In this document: in pieces, positions 38,649 to 49,695 of the stretch | How the letters are laid out: every line of letters starts with the position of its first letter | How positions within the stretch are numbered: the first letter of the stretch is position 1 | From: Candidatus Epulonipiscium sp. | GTDB lineage: Bacteria > Bacillota > Clostridia > Lachnospirales > JAAYNZ01 | Direction of reading: 5' to 3' | Assembly: GCA_012524135.1 (NCBI GenBank) | Contig: JAAYSE010000131.1 | Location: 1-59,399 of the forward strand | DNA length: 59,399 nucleotides | The notes under the pieces: model-generated | Databases searched by the model: none | What the model was told of the DNA's origin: nothing | The model's input: only the letters and a program-made list of their open reading frames with translations | Program-made: the position numbers and the translations under genes

Positions 38649-38677
38649 ATTCAAGATAAGCTCTTATTCAAGATAAG
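38643..38677. repeat. Tandem direct duplication, 17-bp unit x2
   Basis: GCTCTTATTCAAGATAA occurs at 38643-38659 and again at 38660-38676. The first unit begins in the 3' arm of the minE terminator. Confidence 0.9.
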
Positions 38678-38704
38678 AAAAGGAATGAGAAAGAAGGAAT
38701 TCCT

Positions 38705-39844
38705 ATGAAATCAAAAAAACAATTGAAATACTTTGATATTTGGATTATCATGATAATGATAGCACTTGTTATTATAGGTATTATAGCCATAGGTAGTGCC
38801 ACTCATATTAATAATCCTGATATTAAACCTGAATATTTTAATAAACAAATTATAGGTTTTAGTGTAGGATTTATTTTAATGCTTATTACGGCTTTTATTG
38901 ATTATCGATTTATAGGTCGATTTTATCCCTTGTATTATATTATTATTATTGGATTTTTATTAGCAGTTTTAGTAATAGGAAAAAGTGTTGGTGGAGCTAC
39001 TCGCTGGTTAGAGTTGGGTGGATTTCGTATACAACCATCAGAATTTACTAAAATTATTATGATTATCGTCGTTGCTAAACTAATGGATCGATTTAAAGGT
39101 CATATTAATCATATAGGTGTAATTTGTTTTATTTTAGTAATTGTTGGGATTCCTATTTTATTAATTCAAAAACAGCCAGATTTATCAACAAGTTTAGTTA
39201 TTCTTTTTATAGTATTTGCTCAATTTTATGTAGCTAAAATTCATTATGGTTACATTATAACAGGTTCAATATTTGGTTTTTTAAGTTTGTTTTTTATTTG
39301 GTGGGGGGCAGTACAACCAGGACAAGTTGTATTGAGAAAATTTTTAAAAAATCATCAAGTGAATCGTATTATGTCTTTTATTGATCCGAAAACTTATGCT
39401 ATGTCTGGCGCATATCAAACACAACAATCTATTCGGGCAATTGGTTCAGGACAATTATATGGAAAAGGTCTTTACCAAGGAACATTGAATCAATTTCAAT
39501 ATTTATCAGAGGCGCGTACAGATTTTATTTTTGCTGTTATAGGAGAAGAGTTTGGGTTTATTGGTTGTTTAATGGTAATTATTTTAATTTCATTATTAAT
39601 TTTTCGTTGCTTTTGGATTGCTAAGGATGCACCGGATTTATATGGAAGGTTGGTTGTAGTAGGTGTTGCAGCAATGATTTTTTTCCAAAGTTTTGTGCAT
39701 ATAGGAGTTACTACAGGATTTTTGCCTAATACAGGTATTCCACTACCTTTTATTAGTTATGGATTAAGTGCTTTATGGAGTAATATGATAGGGATTGGTT
39801 TAGTATTAAATGTAGGAATGTTACGTAAAAAAACGTATTATTAG
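38705..39844 (+). CDS. rodA: Rod shape-determining protein RodA (SEDS glycosyltransferase, FtsW/RodA/SpoVE family)
   Basis: 379 aa with about 10 TM helices and the ...IQPSEFTKI..., ...TDFIFAVIGEEFGFIG... and ...LPFISYGLSAL... SEDS signatures. Confidence 0.9.
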   Translation: MKSKKQLKYFDIWIIMIMIALVIIGIIAIGSATHINNPDIKPEYFNKQIIGFSVGFILMLITAFIDYRFIGRFYPLYYIIIIGFLLAVLVIGKSVGGATRWLELGGFRIQPSEFTKIIMIIVVAKLMDRFKGHINHIGVICFILVIVGIPILLIQKQPDLSTSLVILFIVFAQFYVAKIHYGYIITGSIFGFLSLFFIWWGAVQPGQVVLRKFLKNHQVNRIMSFIDPKTYAMSGAYQTQQSIRAIGSGQLYGKGLYQGTLNQFQYLSEARTDFIFAVIGEEFGFIGCLMVIILISLLIFRCFWIAKDAPDLYGRLVVVGVAAMIFFQSFVHIGVTTGFLPNTGIPLPFISYGLSALWSNMIGIGLVLNVGMLRKKTYY

Positions 39845-39856
39845 GAGGTTATAAAG

Positions 39857-40252
39857 ATGAATATTGGTTTAATTGCTCATGATGCCAAAAAAAAATTAAT
39901 GCAAAACTTTACTATTGCATATCGTCATATTTTAAGTAAACATGAACTTTATGCTACAGGGACAACGGGACGTCTTATTGAAGAAGTAACAAATTTAAAT
40001 GTTCATAAATATTTAGCTGGACATTTAGGAGGAGAACAACAATTAGGGGCGCAGGTTGCTCATAATCAAATTGATTTAGTTATATTTTTACGTGATCCTT
40101 TATCCCCTAAATCTCATGAACCTGATGTAGGTGCTTTGATGAGATTATGCGATATTCATAATATTCCTCTAGCGACTAATTTAGCAACGGCAGAGTTGTT
40201 AATTAAAGCGTTAGAACGAGGCGATTTAGAATGGAGAAATATTGTAAAATAA
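39857..40252 (+). CDS. mgsA: Methylglyoxal synthase
   Basis: ...[13 protein letters not shown]..., ...LYATGTTG... and ...PHEPDV...; 131 aa. Confidence 0.93.
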   Translation: MNIGLIAHDAKKKLMQNFTIAYRHILSKHELYATGTTGRLIEEVTNLNVHKYLAGHLGGEQQLGAQVAHNQIDLVIFLRDPLSPKSHEPDVGALMRLCDIHNIPLATNLATAELLIKALERGDLEWRNIVK

Positions 40253-40256
40253 AAAA

Positions 40257-40301
40257 ATAAAGGAGTTTCTTGTTTATACACAAGAAGCTCCTTTATTTTT
40301 T
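40257..40301 (+). terminator. Rho-independent terminator after mgsA
   Basis: 17-bp stem ATAAAGGAGTTTCTTGT / ACAAGAAGCTCCTTTAT (one G-U pair) followed by T6. Confidence 0.85.
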
Positions 40302-40321
40302 AGAGTATCTATAATTCTTAT

Positions 40322-40350
40322 TCATATCTGGATCTTGTTGTACATAGTAT
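40322..40350 (+). promoter_or_regulatory. Candidate sigmaE-type (mother-cell) promoter of spoIVF-like operon
   Basis: TCATATC (40322-40328), a 14 nt spacer, then CATAGTAT (40343-40350). This compares with the B. subtilis sigmaE consensus as I remember it (ZHATAxx-14-CATACAHT). Confidence 0.4.
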
Positions 40351-40391
40351 ATAATATCAAAGGATACTAAAAGGATAAAGGAGAGTCAGTT

Positions 40392-41263
40392 ATGAATACT
40401 CGAAGGAAAGTAAATCGAAGGAATGGAAGAAGTATTAGATCTAGAACTAGATATAATGAGGAAAAAACAAAAAAAGAAAAAATATTATTACTTTTATATA
40501 AGCAAACATTTATTAGTCTTTGCTTTTTTATGTTTTTAGTTGGGCTGAAGGTGATGCCTTTTACGATTACAAAGTTTTGGATAAACAATATTAAAGAGCA
40601 AATATCGCATCAAATAGAATGGAATCAAGTTTATAGTATTGTAGTGCAAATCCCTACATTTAAAACTTGGGTAGAAGAACAGTGGGGACAGGAATCAGTG
40701 ATTGAAGGTTCTGTAGATGAAATAAAAGAAGGAAAAGAACATGATCAACAAGATGAAGAAAAAGAGTATTTAGATACTAATGTAGATATGTGGAATAATT
40801 ATGAAGAAAATATGAATTTAGATATGGATGACATAGAAAAATCATTGGGGAAGTAGGTTGGATTAATCCAGTACATGGAACTATTACAGCTTTATATGGA
40901 AAAAGAGAAAATCCAATTTTAAAAAAAACAGAATTTCATACAGGAATTGATATAGGAGCTCCTCTGGGAACCCCTATTGTAGCAGTACAGACTGGAAGAA
41001 TTAAAGAAATAAGAACTTCATCGACCTATGGTCATATTGTTCTTTATGACACCATAGAGGGGTACTTGATTATGTATGCTCATTGTCAAAAAATTTTAGT
41101 AAAAGAAGGAGAAAAAGTAGAACAAGGGCAAGTTATTGCAACTATTGGTGATACAGGTTTAGTGACAGGACCCCATTTGCATTATGAAATTTTGAAAGAT
41201 GATATAAATATTGATCCTATACCCTATGTATCGTTACCTTTCATTCCAGCATTAGAACCATAG
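40392..41263 (+). pseudogene. spoIVFA: SpoIVFA-like membrane-anchored M23/LytM peptidase, interrupted by a frameshift at ~40832-40856
   Basis: ORF 40392..40856 (basic N-terminus, one TM helix, acidic linker) stops at TAG 40854. The M23 domain (WINPVHGTITALYGKRENPI...FHTGIDIG...MYAHC...GPHLHYEI) continues in the neighbouring frame, which is open from 40832. That frame has no ATG/GTG/TTG before TTG 41066, which lies downstream of the HxxxD motif. Confidence 0.7.
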
Positions 41264-41279
41264 GAGAAAGAGGTTGTAT

Positions 41280-42152
41280 ATGTTTAAAGTCTGGTTTCAT
41301 CCACTATTTATTGTTTGTATTATTATATCTATTGCTCTAAGAAAAATGGGGCAATTTTTTATTTTATTTATTATTATTACTATTCATGAACTTTTTCATA
41401 TTTTGGTCAGTAAAAAATTTCATTTGACATGTACAAAATGGAGCATTATTCCTGTTGGGCAAATGGCTTCTATTAAAAACTTAGAATTCCAATCACCTTT
41501 AAAACAAAGTATCATCTTAATAGCAGGTCCTATAATAAATTTAAGTATGTGGGGAATAGGCTCTTCTTTTTTTATATCCATTGAAAATTCATATATTCAT
41601 CTTTTTATAATGGCAAATTTTATAATAGGTATATTTAATTTATTACCTATTTATCCTTTAGATGGAGGAAGAATTTTATATGGATGGATATCTCATTATA
41701 GAGGAAATTTATGTGGGATGAAAAAAATATTAAAAATGAGTCGATATGGAATTTTTGCTTTACAAGTTTTTGGTATGATACAAATAATTTTTTATCCTTT
41801 TAATTGTAGTTTACTTCTTGTTAGTTTTTATTTAATGTATATTAACAAAAAACAAAAACTTTGTAGTACTTATGAGTTATATAAATTGATTTTGAACAAA
41901 AAACAATATATGCGTAAAAAAGAATTATTTGAACTTGCTTCTTGTACGGTTATCGATTTAAATACATCATTTTTGAAAATATTGCAATGTTTTTCCAGTT
42001 CTCGATATACTATTTTTTTAGTTTGCCACCCATGGACTCAACAAGTGCAGATGATTTTTGAAATGGATTTAATCGATTATATATTAAAGAATGGTGTAGA
42101 GGGAACAGTAAGGGATTATTTACAAATTCAAAGTCAACAAGGAAAGAATTGA
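41280..42152 (+). CDS. spoIVFB: SpoIVFB-type site-2 metalloprotease (peptidase M50 with C-terminal CBS-like domain; pro-sigmaK processing enzyme family)
   Basis: HELFH (HExxH) in a TM helix, plus NLLPIYPLDGGRIL. Its position after the spoIVFA-like gene and before rplU matches B. subtilis. ATG 41280 lies 7 nt after GAGG; the track ORF starts at TTG 41274. Confidence 0.85.
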   Translation: MFKVWFHPLFIVCIIISIALRKMGQFFILFIIITIHELFHILVSKKFHLTCTKWSIIPVGQMASIKNLEFQSPLKQSIILIAGPIINLSMWGIGSSFFISIENSYIHLFIMANFIIGIFNLLPIYPLDGGRILYGWISHYRGNLCGMKKILKMSRYGIFALQVFGMIQIIFYPFNCSLLLVSFYLMYINKKQKLCSTYELYKLILNKKQYMRKKELFELASCTVIDLNTSFLKILQCFSSSRYTIFLVCHPWTQQVQMIFEMDLIDYILKNGVEGTVRDYLQIQSQQGKN

Positions 42153-42324
42153 TATTTTATTCGAAGTAGGATATTATAAATAAGAATATGAGATAAATAA
42201 AAAATTAAAATAGCTTTGTATAGATTAATTTTAGATCTCTTTATTGCTTCTGGTACTGGATTTAATATTCGTCTTGAATAGGTAATAGAACAATTTTTAC
42301 AATTTTGTAAATGGAGGAAAACCG

Positions 42325-43746
42325 ATGCAAGAAATAATTGTAGAAGTCGGCATGCAATATACAAGAACAGCATTAATAGAAGATGGTGATTTAATTGAAT
42401 TTTTAGTAGAAGAAAATCAACAGCAATCAGTAGTTGGGAATATTTACAAAGGATTGGTACAGAAAGTAATTCCAGGTTTAGGTGCTGCTTTTATTGATAT
42501 CGGAGAAGAAAAAAATGCTTATTTATCATTAACAGAAAAAGAACCTGTTTTTTTGAATAAAGGTATTTGTTTAGCTACATTAAAAAATGGAGAGGCTATT
42601 ACAGTACAAGCTATTAAAGAAGCTACTGAAACGAAAGGAATTACAGTAACTACTCATATTAGTTTACCGGGGAAATTTTTTGTAATGGTTTCTGATGATG
42701 AAGAAATTCATATATCAAAAAAAATAAAAGAAGAAGAAGAAAGAAAAAGATTATTGCAAATGGTTCAAGAACATAAAAAAGAAAATCATGGAGTGATTAT
42801 TCGAACAGAAGCTCAAGGAAAATCAAAAGAAGAACTTGTACAAGATTATTTATCATTACAAAAACAATGGAATAATATTTTAAAAAAAGAACCTTATGCG
42901 ATGCCTAAAACAAAAATTCATAAAGAGGTTTCTACAGGATTAAAAAATGTAAGAGAAAGATTAACAGAAAACGTAAATGCGTATCAAATAAATAATATGG
43001 ACCTATATAAAGAAGTAAAGGAATTTATTTCTCAAGTTTTTCCTACATTTATTGATAAGATTAAATATACAAAAGAAGATTTATTTTCTAAGTATCAAAT
43101 TGAATCAAAAGTATTGAAAGCACTTCGACCTAAAGTCTGGTTAAAAAGTGGAGGTTTTTTAGTTATAGAAGAAACAGAGGCATTGACAGTAATTGATGTA
43201 AATTCAGGTAAATTCGTAGGTAAAAAAAATGTAGAAGATACGATTTTAAAAACAAATATGGAAGCTATCAAAGAGATTGCAAAACAGGTACGTTTAAGGA
43301 ACTTGAGTGGTATTATTATTATTGATTTTATTGATATGCAACAAAAAACACATCAACAAAAAGTACTTCATGAACTACAAAAAGTTTTTACAAATGATCC
43401 TGTACCTGTTTATATTATAGGAATGACTAATTTAGGATTAGTAGAAATAACTCGAAAAAAAATAAAAAATTCTCTTTCTGATCAATTATTGCAATCGTGT
43501 TCGTATTGTTATGGAGGAAAACAGTATGGTAAAGCTTTTTTAATTCCCCAAATTGAAAGAGAAATTCAATCTATAATAAGGAATACATCGGCGGATGAAA
43601 TTCTTTTGGAAGGTTCAAAAGAAATTATTGATGCATTTATTCCTTATCAAAATCAATTTACAAAACTTTTACGATTAAAAAACAATTTTCAAAAATCAAT
43701 GATAGAATATAAAGTTTCTCCCATTTTTTATGAAGAAAATATATAA
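42325..43746 (+). CDS. rng: Rne/Rng family ribonuclease (RNase G-like)
   Basis: An S1 domain (...VGNIYKGLVQKVIPGLGAAFIDIG...) and the catalytic region ...ALTVIDVNSGKFVG.... 473 aa, with no long RNase E scaffold. Confidence 0.88.
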   Translation: MQEIIVEVGMQYTRTALIEDGDLIEFLVEENQQQSVVGNIYKGLVQKVIPGLGAAFIDIGEEKNAYLSLTEKEPVFLNKGICLATLKNGEAITVQAIKEATETKGITVTTHISLPGKFFVMVSDDEEIHISKKIKEEEERKRLLQMVQEHKKENHGVIIRTEAQGKSKEELVQDYLSLQKQWNNILKKEPYAMPKTKIHKEVSTGLKNVRERLTENVNAYQINNMDLYKEVKEFISQVFPTFIDKIKYTKEDLFSKYQIESKVLKALRPKVWLKSGGFLVIEETEALTVIDVNSGKFVGKKNVEDTILKTNMEAIKEIAKQVRLRNLSGIIIIDFIDMQQKTHQQKVLHELQKVFTNDPVPVYIIGMTNLGLVEITRKKIKNSLSDQLLQSCSYCYGGKQYGKAFLIPQIEREIQSIIRNTSADEILLEGSKEIIDAFIPYQNQFTKLLRLKNNFQKSMIEYKVSPIFYEENI

Positions 43747-43756
43747 TTAAAAATAA

Positions 43757-43785
43757 TTGACAAATAATAAACTCTATGATATTAT
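43757..43785 (+). promoter_or_regulatory. SigmaA-type promoter of rplU-prp-rpmA operon
   Basis: TTGACA (43757-43762), a 17 nt spacer, then TATTAT (43780-43785), preceded by an extended -10 TG (43777-43778). Confidence 0.55.
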
Positions 43786-43789
43786 AATT

Positions 43790-43874
43790 TAGTATGTAAG
43801 TTCCGCACGAAGAGGTGAAAACAAAAGGGATTTTTGTACCATATTCGGCGAGATTGGATAGAGGAGGTGCCTGT
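43790..43874 (+). promoter_or_regulatory. Probable ribosomal protein L21 leader (5' UTR autoregulatory element)
   Basis: An ~85-nt relatively GC-enriched leader (…GTTCCGCACGAAGAGGTGAAAAC…GTACCATATTCGGCGAGATTGGATAGAGGAGGTG) lies between the promoter and the rplU ATG. A structured L21 leader is known at this position in Firmicutes. I did not verify the fold. Confidence 0.4.
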
Positions 43875-44186
43875 ATGTACGCAATTATTGAAACAGGTGG
43901 CAAACAGTATAAAGTACAAGAAGGAGATGTCCTAAAAGTAGAAAAATTAGGAATGACTCCTGGAGAAGAAGTTGTTTTTGATAAGGTAATTGCTCTTTCT
44001 AAAGATAGTAAATTATCAGTTGGTAATCCTTATGTAAACAATACAAGCGTTTCTGCTTCGGTTGTAAAAGAAGGAAAAGATAAGAAAATTATTGTTTACA
44101 AATATAAAGCAAAAAAAGGATATCATAAAAAACAAGGTCATAGACAACCTTATACAGAAGTAAAAATTGAAAAAATTAATGCATAG
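43875..44186 (+). CDS. rplU: 50S ribosomal protein L21
   Basis: [18 protein letters not shown]... after GGAGG; 103 aa. The track ORF from 43815 is an upstream extension. Confidence 0.96.
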   Translation: MYAIIETGGKQYKVQEGDVLKVEKLGMTPGEEVVFDKVIALSKDSKLSVGNPYVNNTSVSASVVKEGKDKKIIVYKYKAKKGYHKKQGHRQPYTEVKIEKINA

Positions 44187-44532
44187 TGATGATACGTATA
44201 ACTGTATTTAAAAAAAATAAAAAACAAATCTGTGGGTTTCAAGTAGAAGGGCATGCGGAATATGGTCCTTATGGACAAGATATTGTTTGTTCTGCAGTAA
44301 CAGCTTTAGTATTTAATGCTATTAATTCGATAGAAGCATTAACTACAGAACCTATTGAATATGAATATAATCCTGAAGGTGGTCGGATTATTTGTAGATT
44401 TTTAAATGCATATCAATTCGATATTGGACAAGAAGCCAAATTGCTTATTGAATCTATGCTTTTAGGATTGTCTCACATTCAGAATGATTACGGAGAAAAA
44501 TATATAAATATCATAGATGAGGAGGTGGAATT

Positions 44533-44539
<7 letters not shown>
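44186..44539 (+). CDS. prp: Ribosomal-processing cysteine protease Prp (YsxB family)
   Basis: 117 aa with ...[20 protein letters not shown]... (catalytic His/Cys). It lies between rplU and rpmA. The start is GTG 44186 or ATG 44189. Confidence 0.9.
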
Positions 44540-46171
<1,632 letters not shown>

Positions 46172-46189
46172 TTTGTAAGGAGGTTAAAT

Positions 46190-46483
46190 ATGATTACAAG
46201 TAAACAAAGAGCTTATTTACGAGGGTTAGCACATAATATTGAACCTATTTTTCAGGTAGGAAAAAATGGAGTAAATCCTGAGTTAACATTAGCAATAGAT
46301 GAGGCGTTAGAAGCTAGAGAATTAATTAAAATACAAATTTTACAAAATTGTTTTGAAGCACCAAAAGATGTATGTCAAAAACTTTCAGAAAGAACTCATT
46401 CTGAACCTGTGCAAGTGATTGGTAAAAGAATTGTTCTATATCGACCTTCTAAAGAAAAAGCTAAAATTCAACTTCCCAAATAG
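46190..46483 (+). CDS. yhbY: YhbY/CRM-domain ribosome assembly RNA-binding protein
   Basis: 97 aa with ...SKQRAYLRGLAHNIEPIFQVGKNGV.... Confidence 0.88.
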   Translation: MITSKQRAYLRGLAHNIEPIFQVGKNGVNPELTLAIDEALEARELIKIQILQNCFEAPKDVCQKLSERTHSEPVQVIGKRIVLYRPSKEKAKIQLPK

Positions 46484-46489
46484 GGAGGT

Positions 46490-46512
46490 GGCGACATAAA
46501 AGTCGCCTTTTT
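46490..46512 (+). terminator. Rho-independent terminator after yhbY
   Basis: GGCGAC pairs with GTCGCC across a 6-nt loop, followed by T5. Confidence 0.65.
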
Positions 46513-46582
46513 ATTTCCTTTTTCCATGGATTGATATATAATAGAAAAAGCAAGTAAATGTTTGGGTAAAAGGAGATTATAT

Positions 46583-47227
46583 ATGCGAGATTTTATAACA
46601 CCTATAGGGACAGATTGTAAAAAGTTAGCCATTATGGGAGGAACTTTTAATCCTATTCATTATGGCCATTTAGTTACTGCAGAAGCAGTACGTTATCAAT
46701 TTCATATTAACAAGGTATTATTTATGCCAACTGGACATCCACCACATAAGCCTTTTTTTGATATAAGTCATACAGAGCATCGGTATTTAATGACTGTATT
46801 AGCTACGGTAACAAATCCCTATTTTGATGTATCGCGGATTGAAATTGATCGAGAGGGAATTACATACACTATTGATACAATTCGATATTTAAAGAAAATA
46901 TACGGGAATGATGTAGAGTTATTTTTTATTACAGGAGCAGATGCTATTCATGAAATTTTAAATTGGAAAGATCCTGAGGAATTACTGCGTCTTTGTACTT
47001 TTGTAGGAGTTACTCGTCCAGAGTATCATAAAAAAGATTTATTAATGAAAATAGAAGAACTTCGTCAACAGTATGGATCGAAGGTTCACTTTTTAGAAGT
47101 ACCTTCTTTAGCAATTTCTTCATCAGATATTCGAAAAAGAGTTAAAGAAAATCGTCCTATTAAATATTTAGTACCAGAGTCGGTGGAAAATTACATATTA
47201 AAGTTTGGGTTATACAAAGACATATAG
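46583..47227 (+). CDS. nadD: Nicotinate-nucleotide adenylyltransferase
   Basis: ...[12 protein letters not shown]... (HxGH) and ...ISSSDIRKR.... ATG 46583 follows AAAGGAG. Confidence 0.92.
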   Translation: MRDFITPIGTDCKKLAIMGGTFNPIHYGHLVTAEAVRYQFHINKVLFMPTGHPPHKPFFDISHTEHRYLMTVLATVTNPYFDVSRIEIDREGITYTIDTIRYLKKIYGNDVELFFITGADAIHEILNWKDPEELLRLCTFVGVTRPEYHKKDLLMKIEELRQQYGSKVHFLEVPSLAISSSDIRKRVKENRPIKYLVPESVENYILKFGLYKDI

Positions 47228-47256
47228 ATTATATTTATTAGAAAAGAGGTAGATGG

Positions 47257-47844
47257 ATGTTAGACTATAATAATATGGTGGAAAAGATACGATCAGCTCT
47301 TTCACCACGACGATTTATTCATACTTTAGGGGTAGTGGAAACGGCTGTAAAAATAGCTAAGGTATATTATATCGATATTGAGCAAGCAAAAATAGCAGCA
47401 TTATTACATGATTGTGTCAAGGATTATCCACACTCTTTACAAATTCAATTATGTAAGGAATTTCATATTCCATTAGATGAAACAATGAAGAAGAATCCTG
47501 AGTTGATTCATAGTTTTTTAGGGGCTGAGATTGCAAAAAGAGAATATGAAGTGGAAGATTCATACATATTAGATGCAATTCGATACCATACTACAGGAAG
47601 AGCTAATATGACTTTGTTAGATAAAATTATATTTTTATCCGATTATATCGAGCCAAATCGTACTTCTTTTATTGGATTAGAGAATGTTCGATCGTTAGCC
47701 TATACCCATTTAGATCAAGCGGTATATCAAGCTTTACTTTTAACCATAGAATATATTAAAGAGCAAAAAAAGCCTTTACATCCTCGTACACTAGAAGCTC
47801 TTCAATATCTAGAAAATAGTAAGATGATAAAAAATAAAGATTAA
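47257..47844 (+). CDS. yqeK: HD-domain bis(5'-nucleosyl)-tetraphosphatase YqeK
   Basis: ...RFIHTLGV... and ...ALLHDCVKD... form the HD motif. It immediately follows nadD, as in Firmicutes. Confidence 0.88.
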   Translation: MLDYNNMVEKIRSALSPRRFIHTLGVVETAVKIAKVYYIDIEQAKIAALLHDCVKDYPHSLQIQLCKEFHIPLDETMKKNPELIHSFLGAEIAKREYEVEDSYILDAIRYHTTGRANMTLLDKIIFLSDYIEPNRTSFIGLENVRSLAYTHLDQAVYQALLLTIEYIKEQKKPLHPRTLEALQYLENSKMIKNKD

Positions 47845-47860
47845 GAAGGGAGAAATAGTA

Positions 47861-48223
47861 GTGAGTATTTCTAAACAAGCAAAGGAAATATTAGAAATAG
47901 CATATCATACATTAGAAGATCGACAAGGAGAAGATATTCGTATTTTAGATATTCATGAGATTTCTATATTAACAGATTATTTTATAATCGTTCATGGTAA
48001 TAATGTAAATCATGTTCGTGCATTAGTAGATTACGTAATAGAAGAGTTAGATAAATTCGGATATCCGCTTGTAAGACGAGAAGGAAGTAGTGGAGATTCT
48101 TGGGTATTATTAGATTATGGTAATGTGATTATTCATGTTTTTGAGAAAAAAGCAAGAGAGTTTTATGATTTGGAAAGAATATGGAGTGATGGAAAGGAAA
48201 TAACCAAAACAACTGTCTTATAA
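47861..48223 (+). CDS. rsfS: Ribosome silencing factor RsfS
   Basis: 120 aa with ...DYFIIVHGNNVNHVRAL..., ...WVLLDYGNVIIHVF... and ...FYDLERIW... Confidence 0.93.
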   Translation: MSISKQAKEILEIAYHTLEDRQGEDIRILDIHEISILTDYFIIVHGNNVNHVRALVDYVIEELDKFGYPLVRREGSSGDSWVLLDYGNVIIHVFEKKAREFYDLERIWSDGKEITKTTVL

Positions 48224-48235
48224 GACAGTTGTTTT
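48206..48235. terminator. Bidirectional terminator shared by rsfS and convergent dac gene
   Basis: A perfect 30-bp palindrome, AAAACAACTGTCTTA|TAAGACAGTTGTTTT. It contains the rsfS stop codon (48221-48223) and reaches into the minus-strand dac stop codon (48234-48236). Confidence 0.85.
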
Positions 48236-49553
48236 AACGTTTATGCATAGGTTGATAGGTAGATAATAAGGATAATAATGAAAATAATCCTCCTAGCAAT
48301 AAAAAAAGGACTATAATCATGATAATAACTCTTTTAAAACTAAAAGAGGTAGTTAAAGTTTGTGAAGAAGTTACTTCCATGCTGCTGGGTATTTCTTTTT
48401 CTACAGGGAAATTATAATTATCCTGAGAAATAATATTTACTTTGGCAATAGGGTTATTTTGATATGAAAAGTCTATATATCCTAATGTTTCTCCTTTTTG
48501 AACAGAGGTTTGAATTTGATAGGGTAGTACAACCATATTTTGAATCTTTTCTTTTACTATATGTTTAGGTACAACAGCATATATGTCTTCCTGTATTCTT
48601 GTCTTTATTGTATCATGGGAGTTTTTTAAAGGAATAGAGGTAAAAGATGTATTGGCATTTGCTAATTTTAATAAAGAAAATTGGTTAAATCCATAATCAA
48701 ATAATGTAGTTGTTTCATCATACATTAAAGGCTTATCTGATTTTAAAATAACACAAATTAATTCTAGACCATTTTTTTGGGCATATGTAACAAGAGTATG
48801 TCTAGCTTGGTCTGTATACCCTGTTTTTCCACCTAGGCAGCCTTCATAGACATATTTTATATTTCTTGTACAACCAGGTAGCATATAATGTTGATTATGT
48901 AAATATCGAATTTCATTTTTATTGGTAGGAGGAATTTCATATCGTGGTGTTTGAATAATTTCCCTAAATTTTTGGTTTTGTAATGCTTCTTTTGCAATTA
49001 AGGCCATATCATAAGCAGTAGTATAGTGTTGCTCATTATGAAGGCCATGAGGATTGGTAAAATGAGTATTGTAAGCTCCCAATGATTGAGCTTTTTGATT
49101 CATTAATTGAACAAATTTTTCAATAGAACCACTAATTGATTCCGCAACTCCATTTGATACGTCATTTGCTGATTGTAACATCATACCATATAAAGCTTCT
49201 TCTAAAGTAATTTGTTCTTCTGGTACCATCCATAAATGACTACTATTTCTTTCAATGCTAAAAATAGCTTCATCTGAAAAAGTAACCATTTGATCCAAAG
49301 ATCCATATTCTAAAGCTAGAGATGTAGTTAAAATTTTAGTAATACTAGCTGGAAATAATTTTTGATGAATATTTTTTTCATATAAGATTGTTCCCGTTTT
49401 TGCTTCCATGAGAATAGCACTTTCTGATGTAATTTCAGGTGGTGATATATCTGAAGGTAAAGCATAAGAAGGAATTATAGTATTAGCAAACGTAGTGAGA
49501 TTTAAAAATAAAGTAAAAGAAATGATAATACATAATGTATGCATAAATTTCAT
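48234..49553 (-). CDS. D-alanyl-D-alanine carboxypeptidase (S11) with C-terminal membrane anchor
   Basis: Signal peptide (MKFMHTLCIIISFTLFL...), SITK (SxxK), SAND (SxN), KTGYT (KTG), and a C-terminal TM helix (...VIIMIIVLFLLLGGLFSLLSLL...). The start is taken at the ATG after GAGAGGAGAAG, the 9th codon of the track ORF. Confidence 0.88.
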   Translation of the reverse strand: MKFMHTLCIIISFTLFLNLTTFANTIIPSYALPSDISPPEITSESAILMEAKTGTILYEKNIHQKLFPASITKILTTSLALEYGSLDQMVTFSDEAIFSIERNSSHLWMVPEEQITLEEALYGMMLQSANDVSNGVAESISGSIEKFVQLMNQKAQSLGAYNTHFTNPHGLHNEQHYTTAYDMALIAKEALQNQKFREIIQTPRYEIPPTNKNEIRYLHNQHYMLPGCTRNIKYVYEGCLGGKTGYTDQARHTLVTYAQKNGLELICVILKSDKPLMYDETTTLFDYGFNQFSLLKLANANTSFTSIPLKNSHDTIKTRIQEDIYAVVPKHIVKEKIQNMVVLPYQIQTSVQKGETLGYIDFSYQNNPIAKVNIISQDNYNFPVEKEIPSSMEVTSSQTLTTSFSFKRVIIMIIVLFLLLGGLFSLLSLLSTYQPMHKR

Positions 49554-49695
49554 AGATCTTCTCCTCTCTGTTGTCATTATTAGTATAGCAGAAAATAAAG
49601 TAAAGAAAAAGAACCTTTTTTAGAAAAATAAAGGATTTTCTATTATTATGGCGAATAAATATAAGATGATAAAATAATATAGGGAGGAATATAAT

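Noticed and set aside
40918-40927. The A8 homopolymer inside the M23 domain, considered as the frameshift site of the spoIVFA-like gene.
   Set aside because: The M23 reading frame stays open and motif-bearing on both sides of this run. The frame break is upstream, between 40832 and 40856.
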